From a virus: a stretch of DNA of 64,000 nt. Shown here piece by piece: positions 9,571-19,067 of the stretch. How positions within the stretch are numbered: position 1 is the first letter of the stretch; each line of letters begins with the position of its first letter. The DNA is taken from positions 28,203-92,202 of the IMG/VR virus record IMGVR_UViG_3300037261_000033, one strand, 5' to 3'. Under the pieces are notes generated by a model that saw nothing but the letters and a program-made list of their open reading frames with translations, was not told the DNA's origin and ran no database searches. The position numbers and the translations under genes were made by a program.

Positions 9571-10445
9571 GCGCTCGCCTCCATCGCCGCTAATTCTTTG
9601 AAGCTATAGGTAATCGGCACGACTACGCACCGGCAGTTAAAGTGCGCGATTCCACCGGGGAACGGAAGGTTGTGGCCCTCGGGGATGTAGTCGCTGTCTT
9701 TGTCGCCGGTCTCTGGTAATCTCCAAATCTTGCCGTTGAGTTCACGGCACACTTCACAAGTTTTAGTATCCTCCAAAGTCGCGATCCACTCGACCGCCCT
9801 AACAACATCACGATTATTTAGATAACTCGCGAGTTTGCTTTCGTTGGCTACACTCATCACGCCAGTTCTCACCAGCGCCTCTGCTTGATAGCGCGGCGCG
9901 TTCATAACTCCGTCCGTGAATCCGTTCGCCTTCGTCCCGCGCACCCGCCTCACTAGTTCATCGACGCCCTCGCCGCGATACTGCCCCTGCCGCATTTGTT
10001 GCGCGAATTTGTTCCGTAACGACGTGGCCTGACTCGCCCACCACTTCGCTTGAATATGTCCCTCGATTACGGTCTTGCCCGCGATGTATTCAATCTGCTC
10101 TTTCGTCATCCCGACGCTCATCAACTCTACGCGCACGACCGCGTTTACGCCCTCGATTGTTTTCCGTGCGATAGCGATGGCAACTTCTTTGAGCGCCGGG
10201 GTGAAGCTGACTGCGATGTTATCGTAAGCAGTGTTAATCGTCGCCCGCGTCTGCGCCAGTAACGCTTGGAGTCGCGCGAGTGATAAATCTGATTTACCCG
10301 CCGCCCGGCTTAGATCGTCGATCAGGTCTGATTCGAGTGTGTTGAGATCGCTTAGGATTTGTTCGCGCAGGCTCGCTTCCACTCTCAAGAGTTGTACTGT
10401 CTGGCTCGTCACCTTATCTGCAATACGCGTGCTGACGTTCGGCAT
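9567..10445 (-). CDS. Phage head morphogenesis protein (SPP1 gp7/Mu F-like), N-terminal and core part
   Basis: AEALVRT, WIATLEDTKTCEVCRELNG, HFNCRC; located downstream of the portal. Confidence 0.9.
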   Translation of the reverse strand: MPNVSTRIADKVTSQTVQLLRVEASLREQILSDLNTLESDLIDDLSRAAGKSDLSLARLQALLAQTRATINTAYDNIAVSFTPALKEVAIAIARKTIEGVNAVVRVELMSVGMTKEQIEYIAGKTVIEGHIQAKWWASQATSLRNKFAQQMRQGQYRGEGVDELVRRVRGTKANGFTDGVMNAPRYQAEALVRTGVMSVANESKLASYLNNRDVVRAVEWIATLEDTKTCEVCRELNGKIWRLPETGDKDSDYIPEGHNLPFPGGIAHFNCRCVVVPITYSFKELAAMEASA

Positions 10446-10671
10446 ATTAATCTGTTGTCCAACACGTCCATCCCTTGTCTATATCGAGCGATTCACCTAG
10501 TAACCGTTCAACGGCCTCGCGCCCATCCGCTGAGTTGTGAATTATTAGCGGCCCGGCCGCAAACTCGACGCCCGTTTCCTCATTCCGATAATCGACTCGC
10601 GGCGCACACCAACAGTAAACGTCGCTGATGTGCTTCCGTTCGTCGTTATTTGGTTCGACGTTGACCAAGCG

Positions 10672-10839
10672 TTAACAGTTTTGGCAAACGCTCTTCGCTT
10701 CTGCCGCGTGATCTGCCATCGCTTTCACCATCCCCGGATGTCTCCACGCTGGCGCTTGCGCTTTTGCATTCGCGTCAGCCTCTTCCGTTCCCGCCGTGCC
10801 GACCACTTTTACTACTTTACTTTTTTTCGCGGTAGTCAT
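10672..10839 (-). CDS. Small hypothetical protein (55 aa)
   Basis: Hand translation MTTAKKSKVVKVVG...; fills a gap on the coding strand. Confidence 0.45.
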   Translation of the reverse strand: MTTAKKSKVVKVVGTAGTEEADANAKAQAPAWRHPGMVKAMADHAAEAKSVCQNC

Positions 10840-10844
10840 TTGGG

Positions 10845-11021
10845 TTAAACATGCCCCTTGTGGATGTCGATTCCCTTCGATGGAGAGGGGGACGACGCCG
10901 GGCCGGGTGTTCCGCCGCCTGCCTTCAACTTGCGACTAGCGCCTTTAGCTCCGAATACTTTCTTCGGCGCCGTCGGCGCTGTGAATGCTTTTGCCTTACC
11001 TACCTTTTTTGTGAATGCCAT
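10845..11021 (-). CDS. Small Lys/Ala/Pro-rich basic protein (58 aa)
   Basis: Hand translation MAFTKKVGKAKAFTAPTAPKKVFGAKG...; AGGAG upstream; follows the portal. Confidence 0.55.
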   Translation of the reverse strand: MAFTKKVGKAKAFTAPTAPKKVFGAKGASRKLKAGGGTPGPASSPSPSKGIDIHKGHV

Positions 11022-11036
11022 AACCGCCTATCCTCC

Positions 11037-12596
11037 TTATTGATTTTGCTGCTGCTGTTGACCGCCTTGTGATTGTTGTGCTGGCGGATGCGCCGCCGCG
11101 TCTACTGCCGCTTGCATTTTCATCTGCGCTAAGCGCACGGGATCATTTTCAATTGCAGCGACTTCCTCATCTTGCTCGCGCTCGGTTGAAATGATACCAC
11201 CTTTTTGTAGCTTGGAAAAGAACGTATCGAAGCTGATGCCGCCGCCCATGTAGAGTGTCCAGAGCGCCGTCACCATCGGACTATCCAAGATCATCTCGAC
11301 GTATTCGGTGTTCAGTTCAGTCTTAATGTCGTCGCTCAAATCTTCTGGCCGCTCAACGCTTCTATCCATCCACCATCCTACCCATTGCAGGATGTCTGAC
11401 AGGCTTTGCGTACAAGCGATGGTCGCTGACATTAGCGCACTATGATCGCCGCTTTGCCGCGCCAACACGGTCTGAAACGCTTCCGGGTTTCCGCCGCCGC
11501 GACTTACTTGCTTGTCTAACATGCGAGCGCCAAGCGCGGCCATCTGCGCTTCCTCGTTTGCCATGTCATCAACGAGCGGTTTTAATTTGTTAGCGTCGTA
11601 AGCGAGAAAATATGCTTTCGCGTCCGCCTTGGGCGTTACTATCGACTTGTTCGTTCCGAGATAAAGTTCGTTTTGTTTTAAGTCTTCGAAGCCGCAGAAG
11701 ATTGGTGTCGGAACTCCGGCGACGTGAAGCGCGTTCTTCAAATCCGCGCTTGTCCGGTAATGACTGAGGTTGATGTCCGCGATTGATTCCAACGGTACTT
11801 CCGTCACGTCCAAGTCGTTCACTTCCGGCCCGTGCACCACGAAGGGTATTCGTGTCAATGATTGCACGCCGCGCATCGGTAGAAACTCGTCAATGATGCG
11901 CCATTCGGGTGATAGCGTCGGCTGCTTTGTTCCGTTGCCTTTCCCCTTCACGACCGGCTGACCTTTCCGACGTTTCACTCTGACGCGGACATACGGCAAG
12001 CCTGCGTCGTCGTTGATCAGTTCGTATTCCCGTAGCTGCTCATATTCGGCGTAGTCGTATGCGTCCGGCGCGTCTATTTTCACGCCGTCCTCTGGAATGA
12101 ACTCGTTGCTCGTTTCCTTGAATACGATCAATGCCAGAACTGTCGCGTGGTTTATCCGGCGATATTGCCAGTTGAGGATTTCTTCTGCCTCGTAGGTGAG
12201 CAGGTAAGCGCGATCCTCTTCTTTGTGCCAGTCGATCACCGTCCCGCGCTTCCCGACCGACATTACGCTTCTGACTACTTCTTTGCTTACGTCGTAGAAA
12301 CTCTTACCCGTCATAGTCGCGTCACGCAGGAACTCAGACATTGTGTCCGGCGTCACTACTTCCGGGTCGTTCCTGAAAATAAGTCCAACGAACGCCTGCA
12401 ATGTCCGTTTCAGCGCGTTGAAAAATACCGCGCGCATGATGTAACTGAAATACTCCGGCCCGCTCTGAACTCCGAGCGGTGGAAGGTATTTTACGCCGCG
12501 CTTTTTAATTTGTCGCGAGCCCGCGATACAGTCGCGAACCATCGTCCACGCATCAATACACGCTTCGTGAGAAGGGTGGCAAGAATCATCGGCCAT
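11037..12596 (-). CDS. Portal protein (DUF4055 type)
   Basis: YIMRAVFFN, YEAEEILNW, IPFV, PLESIADINLSHYRTSADL, MAALGARM; 519 aa; precedes the head morphogenesis gene. Confidence 0.88.
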   Translation of the reverse strand: MADDSCHPSHEACIDAWTMVRDCIAGSRQIKKRGVKYLPPLGVQSGPEYFSYIMRAVFFNALKRTLQAFVGLIFRNDPEVVTPDTMSEFLRDATMTGKSFYDVSKEVVRSVMSVGKRGTVIDWHKEEDRAYLLTYEAEEILNWQYRRINHATVLALIVFKETSNEFIPEDGVKIDAPDAYDYAEYEQLREYELINDDAGLPYVRVRVKRRKGQPVVKGKGNGTKQPTLSPEWRIIDEFLPMRGVQSLTRIPFVVHGPEVNDLDVTEVPLESIADINLSHYRTSADLKNALHVAGVPTPIFCGFEDLKQNELYLGTNKSIVTPKADAKAYFLAYDANKLKPLVDDMANEEAQMAALGARMLDKQVSRGGGNPEAFQTVLARQSGDHSALMSATIACTQSLSDILQWVGWWMDRSVERPEDLSDDIKTELNTEYVEMILDSPMVTALWTLYMGGGISFDTFFSKLQKGGIISTEREQDEEVAAIENDPVRLAQMKMQAAVDAAAHPPAQQSQGGQQQQQNQ

Positions 12597-12643
12597 TCCG
12601 ACCTATCTAAACGGCGGAACGGTTTCTTGCAATTCCTTTTATT

Positions 12644-12730
12644 CGGATGGGGTAGGATTCGAACCTACGGCGCGTTACCGCGCGTCAGTTTTCGGGACTG
12701 TTGCGATAAACCGGACTCCGCCACCCATCC
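12644..12730 (-). tRNA. tRNA-Ser(CGA), atypical C33, CCA not encoded
   Basis: GGATGGG/CCCATCC acceptor stem, G73, loop CCCGAAA, long variable arm GCGCG-GTAA-CGCGC, T-arm GTAGG-TTCGAAT-CCTAC. Confidence 0.85.
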
Positions 12731-12739
12731 TTATTTGTA

Positions 12740-12830
12740 GCGGCCCCGGCGCTGTAATACCATCGAGACCGTAAGGGAAAGCCCTCTCTGTCTCTCAGTG
12801 CGCACAAATTATTACAACCGCCAAGGCCGC
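12740..12830 (-). ncRNA. Putative structured RNA (long hairpin)
   Basis: About 20-bp stem GCGGCCUUGGCG-G-UUGUAAUA / UAUUACAG-CGCCGGGGCCGC. Its three G-U pairs form only on the minus strand. Inner GAGAC/GUCUC and AGGG/CCCU helices. Confidence 0.5.
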
Positions 12831-12839
12831 GTCCGAAAC

Positions 12840-13040
12840 TTACGGTGCGTTTTCGTTAGAGCTAATGCTTTTTACGAAGGCTGCGGCTGTTTGTGTGTCC
12901 GCGAATGGATCGATTCCGAGGGGCTGGTTACACTATACGCCATCACGACCTGCGTAGGCAGCGCCGAATTTCCCGCGCTTGCCATTGTAGTCGGCGACAA
13001 TGAAGCCTTTACCGTACTTTTCGATTGCGAAGTGTTCCAT
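12840..13040 (-). pseudogene. 66-codon ORF interrupted by an in-frame TAG (12933-12935)
   Basis: MEHFAIEKYGKGFIVADYNGKRGKFGAAYAGRDGV*CNQPLGIDPFADTQTAAAFVKSISSNENAP. Confidence 0.45.
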
Positions 13041-13288
13041 TTATTTCCCTTCCCTCACCGTTACGCGCTTACCGGAAACTGGATCGATAAAGACGATTGC
13101 CTTTTCAGACATAGCCATGTTCACGCAGGTTACGCAGCGCGGACTCTCCGGTGTCGCGCCGCTTCGCCATGTCAGCCGCGCTCTATTATTACAAATCGCC
13201 GCCGCTCGCACCCTGCCCTCATCTCGATTGATGACGCATAGGTGTGCGTCACGATCTTGGTCGCTCAAGAGCCATTGCATTTCCGCGT

Positions 13289-13510
13289 TCATCGCGCAGC
13301 GCCTTTCGACAAATGATAACCAGCGCAGAACGGACATGGGTAAATATGAAGCTGCTCCGCTCTCCCATGCCGCCCTCTTCGTCGCATTGCTAGATTAAAA
13401 ACTGTGCGCGCTTCTTTCTTATCCGCGTAGCGTTTTTTGCCCGTGCACATCCGCTCCCGGCGCGCTTCGTCTGCGTCCGTAGCGTCCTGTAATGGCGGGT
13501 ATTCGTTCAT
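13289..13510 (-). CDS. Small Zn-finger phage protein
   Basis: CTGKKRY...IYPCPFCAGYHL. Confidence 0.65.
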   Translation of the reverse strand: MNEYPPLQDATDADEARRERMCTGKKRYADKKEARTVFNLAMRRRGRHGRAEQLHIYPCPFCAGYHLSKGAAR

Positions 13511-13551
13511 GCCGGTAGAACTTGATCTAGCTGGTAGCGCTTGCGCAGCCA

Positions 13552-14103
13552 TTATTTCGGCTGAACGGTCGGTGTCGGTTGCGGTGTAGCGCTCGCATTT
13601 ACTGCTTCGCCCCGCATTGGTGGCGCTGTCTTTCCGGGGCCGGGGTCTTGCCCTGTAGGAACTGGCGTAGAAGCGGCGCGAATATGCCAGCGCACGTTCC
13701 ATCCGTCCGCTTCCCGCGTCGCGATTGGTTCGTAGTCCCCGCTGTTCAACGTTGTCCCCTCAACCGGCAGTCCCTTCGTTACTTCTGCGCCGTCATCCCG
13801 AATGATTTTTCCCCAAGCGTTGCCTTTCTCGTCTGTAAGGAAAAAGCCTTTGCGCGCTATCCGCGCCGCGCGTTCTTGCTCCGTCTCGTACGGATTAATG
13901 ATCTCGGGTATCGGTATCGGCGTCACGCTCGGCGCGATGATAGCGTTGATCGCTTTCTCGATTCGCTCAAGCCGCGCCATAGCGTCCGGCGTTGGTGATA
14001 CGGGTTGTGTCGTTACCGGCGTTGGACTTGGTGCGTTTGATTGTGGCGCTTTGCCGCACGCTACTAAAAGCGCAGCGGCGATGATCATGACTATCGTTTT
14101 CAT
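13552..14103 (-). CDS. Putative lipoprotein, Pro/Thr-rich
   Basis: MKTIVMIIAAALLVA-C lipobox. Confidence 0.7.
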   Translation of the reverse strand: MKTIVMIIAAALLVACGKAPQSNAPSPTPVTTQPVSPTPDAMARLERIEKAINAIIAPSVTPIPIPEIINPYETEQERAARIARKGFFLTDEKGNAWGKIIRDDGAEVTKGLPVEGTTLNSGDYEPIATREADGWNVRWHIRAASTPVPTGQDPGPGKTAPPMRGEAVNASATPQPTPTVQPK

Positions 14104-14137
14104 TTTTGTTCCCCCTATAGTTTGCGTGCTTTTCTTC

Positions 14138-14602
14138 CTAAATACACTTCCATGTTGTCCGAGAACGGATATATGAAATCGCTGTTCGACTCATTTTAAA
14201 TCGCTCAGATAACTGTTGAATATTATCGCCTGAATTACGTATTTCCAAAACGTCAGTTGCGTTCAACTTTGCCCTCGCGTGTTCCTCTCCTGACTGATCA
14301 CCTCTGCGGCCCTTAGCTATACAATCTCTTATGTTGTCTAGCTGTGTTCCGAGGAACAAATGCTTCGGATTAACGCAAGGAGGAGTATCGCAGGAATGTA
14401 GCACATTTACCCCCTGCGGAATTTCTCCAAAATGGATAATCCATGATGCCCGATGCGCTTGCATGTTTTTACCATCAACCCTAATTATTCCGTAATCGTT
14501 TACATCTCTACATGCCGTCCAGAGCCAACAATTAGAGAAAGGTTCCGGCGTGAATTTATCACGAAAACGTTCAGGGAATGTTTGAGGCCATCTCTTAGAC
14601 AT
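14138..14602 (-). CDS. HNH endonuclease with C-terminal HTH
   Basis: CWLW...AHRASW...VLHSCDTPPCVNPKHLFLGTQLDN. Confidence 0.92.
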   Translation of the reverse strand: MSKRWPQTFPERFRDKFTPEPFSNCWLWTACRDVNDYGIIRVDGKNMQAHRASWIIHFGEIPQGVNVLHSCDTPPCVNPKHLFLGTQLDNIRDCIAKGRRGDQSGEEHARAKLNATDVLEIRNSGDNIQQLSERFKMSRTAISYIRSRTTWKCI

Positions 14603-14606
14603 TTTC

Positions 14607-14942
14607 CTAGTCCGTGGAAATTACTAACTTCGGTTCGCTTTCCGGCAATCTCTTGCCGTCTTTATCTGTGAAAATCAAGATTACCTTTTTCTCTTTCGCG
14701 TCGTGTTCAACGCTCACGATGCAATCCTCGTCCGGCATCGACATCGCTGCGCGGTAGTCGCCCTCGTCCATCTCGATGCGCCCGCCAGATTTGAACACCG
14801 CCGTCCATAGCATTCGTTGCACCTTGTTCAGCACGCGTTTCAACTCCTGATTGTTCTCTCGGAGTATCCGGTTCTGAACCGGGTATGGCATCGACGGCGC
14901 TGGCATTGTCTTGTGCGCCCGGTTTTTGAATTTACTACCCAT
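14607..14942 (-). CDS. Hypothetical protein
   Basis: Intact ORF within the coding-strand run. Confidence 0.55.
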   Translation of the reverse strand: MGSKFKNRAHKTMPAPSMPYPVQNRILRENNQELKRVLNKVQRMLWTAVFKSGGRIEMDEGDYRAAMSMPDEDCIVSVEHDAKEKKVILIFTDKDGKRLPESEPKLVISTD

Positions 14943-14947
14943 TTCTG

Positions 14948-15277
14948 TTATGCCGCTTTCTTAATACTCATCGGCGCTAAACTGTAAATTGCTACCGGCT
15001 CACCAAATGTACCGTCTGTTTCAAATCTGAGCGCGTATCCGTTCTTTCGGACAATCCTCTCCATTTGAGCAAGAGGGTTAACGACTTCGCAAATGAATCC
15101 GTTCGCATGAATCGCCTCGACTAAACGTCGAAAGTCGCCGCGCCCGCGATGCTGCGATACTATCAAGCAAACTCGGATAGCGTTACCGGTTTTCCAAAGA
15201 TAGCCATTAAACTTATCGCGTGTGAATCCGAACTGCGCGGCGCGCTTCGTGTCTAAGTCGATGATGCCGTCCTTCAT
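14948..15277 (-). CDS. Possible minimal GNAT-like protein
   Basis: IVSQHRGRG motif-A-like segment; start at MKDG abuts the upstream stop. Confidence 0.4.
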   Translation of the reverse strand: MKDGIIDLDTKRAAQFGFTRDKFNGYLWKTGNAIRVCLIVSQHRGRGDFRRLVEAIHANGFICEVVNPLAQMERIVRKNGYALRFETDGTFGEPVAIYSLAPMSIKKAA

Positions 15278-15984
15278 TACGGTTTCTGAGGTTGGTTCAT
15301 ATCCCAAATGCGAGGCGGGAAAATGTCGATGTTGATTTTCCCCCACGGCGTCGGTAATCCAAACCAAAGCGCCCAAAGGAAAAGAATAGTTAAGACGATT
15401 GACGGAATACAACCGCATCCGCCGAAACAACAGTCGGAACTACAGCTATTAGATTCTGATTCGCTCATAATCCGTCTCCCGGTCGCGGTTTATTGTTGTG
15501 GCGCGCCAGCATATCGAGCACGTCGATCTTCACCGCTTCCAATGCTCCTACTACGCCGAACACGGTAAGCTTGTCGCTCTCGTTTATGTAGCGCCTCACG
15601 ACCGCGTGTAATTCGTAATAAACCATTTCCGCTTCTGCTCCCGAATCGCTCACGACTTCCCTTGTTTCTCTTGGCATTTCGGGCGGCGTCATTCCATTGC
15701 GTTCCCGACGTAATCTTTGGGAATGTGTCCCCGCGTGTGGCCGACTACATAGAATGGAGCGCCGTTCCTTCCGCCTCTTACCTCAACCCATTTGTAGTGC
15801 ATCTTGCTCAAGCCAGTTTCGAATAAGGCGTTTGTCCGGGCCAAACCTACGTCATCGCATCTACCCGTTATCTCTCCAATGACCTCAATATGGTCACGGA
15901 ACTCCGACCGAACCATCAGCGCAACAATGAGAATCACCGTAACGGTGGCGATGACTTGAAGAGTTGTTGTTTTCATTTCCCTAC

Positions 15985-16326
15985 TCAACCCTCCGCCTCA
16001 TCCTTGGAATTGGAAAGCTCTTTCTCTAGCGCGTATTCGGCTAATTGCGCTACGCAAATCTGCTCCGTGCTGCAATTCTCGCAGATCGTAATTGCGTGGG
16101 CATGATTCATCAGGTTTTCAGTCATTTCCTCGTCTGGCCCCATAACTGATGCGAGCCGTCCGTTACCGCCAAGCATCATTGCCAGTCCGTTCTGTCGTTG
16201 GAGCGCAGGAAGGTCGAGCATGTGCCGATTGATTGTGACGCGATAAAACAACGGTACTCGCGCCTCGCCGATTTTCTTTTTGCAATGCGCGCATATCGCC
16301 GCCGCTCTTAGCTCTGCTTCTTTCAT
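15985..16326 (-). CDS. Zn-binding hypothetical protein
   Basis: CAHC...CENC; ATGA overlaps at both ends. Confidence 0.6.
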   Translation of the reverse strand: MKEAELRAAAICAHCKKKIGEARVPLFYRVTINRHMLDLPALQRQNGLAMMLGGNGRLASVMGPDEEMTENLMNHAHAITICENCSTEQICVAQLAEYALEKELSNSKDEAEG

Positions 16327-16931
16327 CCCTGCCCTTCCCCTTTTTTCTCCGCCACGTATTCGCGCAGAAGTTCACTCGCTTTTGTATTCCCGCAGCCTAC
16401 GGCCTTAGCGAGATCGCGAGTACTCGGTAACGTGTCATCCTTCGCGTCCGTTAACCTTTCTATGGTTTTCCGTGTCGCTTTAAGCGTAAAGGTGCGCGGA
16501 CGGCCGATAATCGCGCCACCGGCCTTCGCGTTTGCGAGTCCTAGCTTGCGGTTTTCGCGGATGTAATGAACGTGCGCCGCCGCCAGCGCCCTTATTACTT
16601 GCGGCTCGACCGTCTTCGGTTTGTCGGCGTAGAACCATAGCCCGGTCGCGATTGAATGCACGCTGACGCCCGCGTCAAGGAGCGCGGTAATCTGCTTCAC
16701 CAACCCCGGCACGTCGCGCCCCAAGTCCGAGAGCTTATCGATGACGATTACTTTCGGCACGCCTTCGCCTTGCTCCGTCCACCGCAACGCCTGCGCTAGT
16801 CCGCGCTGGCCGCTCGTCGCGTCCCATGAGAAGCCGCCGAACTGCTGCGCGCTCGTCCCCCTGATCGCTCGCTCAAGAAATTCCTTCGCGCTCTCCTCGT
16901 TCTCCGTCCGTGTGTAGCAGAAGTAAAACAT
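16323..16931 (-). CDS. Resolvase/invertase-family protein with degenerate catalytic motifs
   Basis: YTRTE (for YxRVS), KLSDLGR (for LDRLGR), GLANAKAGGAIIGRP hinge and C-terminal HTH. Confidence 0.75.
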   Translation of the reverse strand: MFYFCYTRTENEESAKEFLERAIRGTSAQQFGGFSWDATSGQRGLAQALRWTEQGEGVPKVIVIDKLSDLGRDVPGLVKQITALLDAGVSVHSIATGLWFYADKPKTVEPQVIRALAAAHVHYIRENRKLGLANAKAGGAIIGRPRTFTLKATRKTIERLTDAKDDTLPSTRDLAKAVGCGNTKASELLREYVAEKKGEGQG

Positions 16932-17210
16932 CTCAGTTGATCGAAACGTGCAATTCCGCGTAGCAAACCCAACGACGCAGCCCTTGAAGCGGTTCCGCCT
17001 CTAGCACTGTTGGGCACGCGAACCAAGCATCTCGCCGCGCCCCTGCCTCATGTATTATTCTATCGCCCTCTTCCCGAAACGGAATATCTGTCGCCTCTAA
17101 TTCTTGCTCGGTTTTGCACCGCTTACACGTTACGACTTTCCCCGCCCACCAATGGCGCGCAGTTACTGGCGGTCTCTCGCCGTTTTTCAATTGTTTCATC
17201 TTATCGTCTT

Positions 17211-19037
17211 TCACTGATAAAACTCTTCACTGATTCGTATTGGTTGGCCGCGCGTGATTAGTTCCAGTGTCCGCAGTCTGGAAAGTGAATTGTTGAATCC
17301 ACCGCTGCTAGCGGAGTAACCCGTTACGGCTCCAATCTCATCCGCCGTCATTCCGTTCGGATAATTCGCGGCGAGCGTTTCGAGAATTGTCCGCTCGCAT
17401 TTGCTGCTCCGCCCAAGCCAGTGATCGAGCAATCCTTGACCTGTCGGTAATGGCTTCCAATCTCCGAGCGTTGAAAGTCCCCCCTCTGTAATCTGAATTG
17501 GATTGCCGCGAGTGATGCAATTTCCAAACGGTTTATCATCACTCGGGGCTGATCTTAGCCTACTTAATGAGTTATTGAAGCCGCCCGATGTTCCTGAATA
17601 GCCAGTAAGGATCGCTACCTGAGTCGAGGATCGGCCTTGTGGATATTGCGCCAGCGCGGAGAGAATTGTTCTTTCGCACTTTGACAGTCCATTTTCTATT
17701 CTCGGGACAGTAACGCGCGGTCGAGACGGCGGCGTAATCGTGAATGGCTCATTATGTCGGACGTGCACCGCTATTGGAATCTCTTCATCGATCATGCCTT
17801 TCATGACCTTCACCGCATTAGCTGCGTCGGCCCTTAACTTTTCAAATGTTTTCGTGCGCGCCTCGATTATTCCTTGCACCTTGCTCATAGCCGATTGCAC
17901 GGCGCTGTCTATCGCTGCCTTTAGTTCTTCCTGCGGGACTTCCTTGAAGTCGTGAGCGATAACGTTGACTAAGATTTTCATAGCTTGTTGAAGTGCTCTT
18001 TTAGTCCGGCGTAGTTCTTCGGCTTTCGGAGCGGTTTCGATTGATGGTGACGGCTGGCGCTGCGCCTTTTCTAACTGCCGCCGTAATACCGTGAGTTGCT
18101 CTTTTAGTTCGCGCGGATCATTTGCTTTTGCTTCCTCGATAACTGAGGCCAATTTTGCGGTGACTTCGGCTAGGTCAACGTCGGCCCAACTTCGGTTGTT
18201 TACCTTTTTCTGTAACTGCGGCGGCGCGAAGGAATCGAATGTCTTGAATATCGGAAAATCCGTTATGATCGGGCCGAAGTCTATTTCAGGTGACCAAATC
18301 CACGCGCTTCCGCGCGCTAGTCGCGCCAGCGTGTCGAGAACTTCTTTCCCTTGTTCCTTATCACCGCATCCCTTTATCCAATCTTCAACCGCGCCGCGAT
18401 CTGCCGCGTGAATTACGCGCATCGCGACTAACGTTTCGCACGAAGTCAGCGTGTCGTTGTGAACTTTCTGCGGTCGCTGCGATGCGATTAAGCAAACGAT
18501 CCCAAGTCCGCGCCCCTCACTCAATAGTCGATTCGACCAATGCAGGCATTTGCCCGCTTGCGGGTCGAGAATCTTACCCTTCGGAGCGAAGTTATGGAAC
18601 TCGTCACCCACGAGATAAAGCTCGCCGGAATTGGCGTTGAAAATGCCGGACGCGAAGTCAATCCAGAATTGCACCATGTGCGCAGTCATCCAGCCACGAA
18701 AACCGATGATCGCTGGCCGGTTCCCGCTCGTTATCAGTTCGGCTACGTGCTTGCCCGACTGCTGGTTAATCGGAACGTCTGTCGCGTTTTCCTTTTTGAA
18801 ATCACCGAAAGTGATAATTGGATAGCCCGGCCCTTTGCCGTCCGCCGATGCTTTCAGTCCCCACCAATCTCCCTTTGGGTCGATGATGCAGACGCGCTTC
18901 CCGCGCGATAGTAAGTGCTCGACGATATGGCGAAGCGCGGATGACTTACCCGCCCCGGTCTTACCAAGTACGACAAGATGTTGATCTAGTATCTCGTCTG
19001 GAAAGCATAACTTCACCGCGCGTGGCGTTACGCTCAT
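17211..19037 (-). CDS. HerA/DUF87-like ATPase with tandem C-terminal winged-helix repeats
   Basis: GKTGAGKS, IIDPKGD, DEFH, SQRP; two copies of SKCERTIL...TGYS..SGGFNNSLSRLR. Confidence 0.85.
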   Translation of the reverse strand: MSVTPRAVKLCFPDEILDQHLVVLGKTGAGKSSALRHIVEHLLSRGKRVCIIDPKGDWWGLKASADGKGPGYPIITFGDFKKENATDVPINQQSGKHVAELITSGNRPAIIGFRGWMTAHMVQFWIDFASGIFNANSGELYLVGDEFHNFAPKGKILDPQAGKCLHWSNRLLSEGRGLGIVCLIASQRPQKVHNDTLTSCETLVAMRVIHAADRGAVEDWIKGCGDKEQGKEVLDTLARLARGSAWIWSPEIDFGPIITDFPIFKTFDSFAPPQLQKKVNNRSWADVDLAEVTAKLASVIEEAKANDPRELKEQLTVLRRQLEKAQRQPSPSIETAPKAEELRRTKRALQQAMKILVNVIAHDFKEVPQEELKAAIDSAVQSAMSKVQGIIEARTKTFEKLRADAANAVKVMKGMIDEEIPIAVHVRHNEPFTITPPSRPRVTVPRIENGLSKCERTILSALAQYPQGRSSTQVAILTGYSGTSGGFNNSLSRLRSAPSDDKPFGNCITRGNPIQITEGGLSTLGDWKPLPTGQGLLDHWLGRSSKCERTILETLAANYPNGMTADEIGAVTGYSASSGGFNNSLSRLRTLELITRGQPIRISEEFYQ

Positions 19038-19040
19038 GTG

Positions 19041-19067
19041 TTTGACTTAGCGCCTTCCGGCGCCAAC
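19041..19067. repeat. Palindromic repeat copy (parS-like)
   Basis: TTTGACTTAGCGCC-TTCC-GGCGCCA. Confidence 0.6.

Noticed and set aside
14138-14602. HNH gene inside a group I intron
   Set aside because: The flanking genes are intact and unrelated; no intron core was recognised.
16323-16931. Active integrase/invertase with att or inversion sites
   Set aside because: The catalytic Ser is absent, there is no large C-terminal recombinase domain, and no gene-orientation switch occurs in the window.
17211-19037. HerA-based anti-phage defence system
   Set aside because: No Sir2, NurA or nuclease partner is adjacent; the context is a phage operon.
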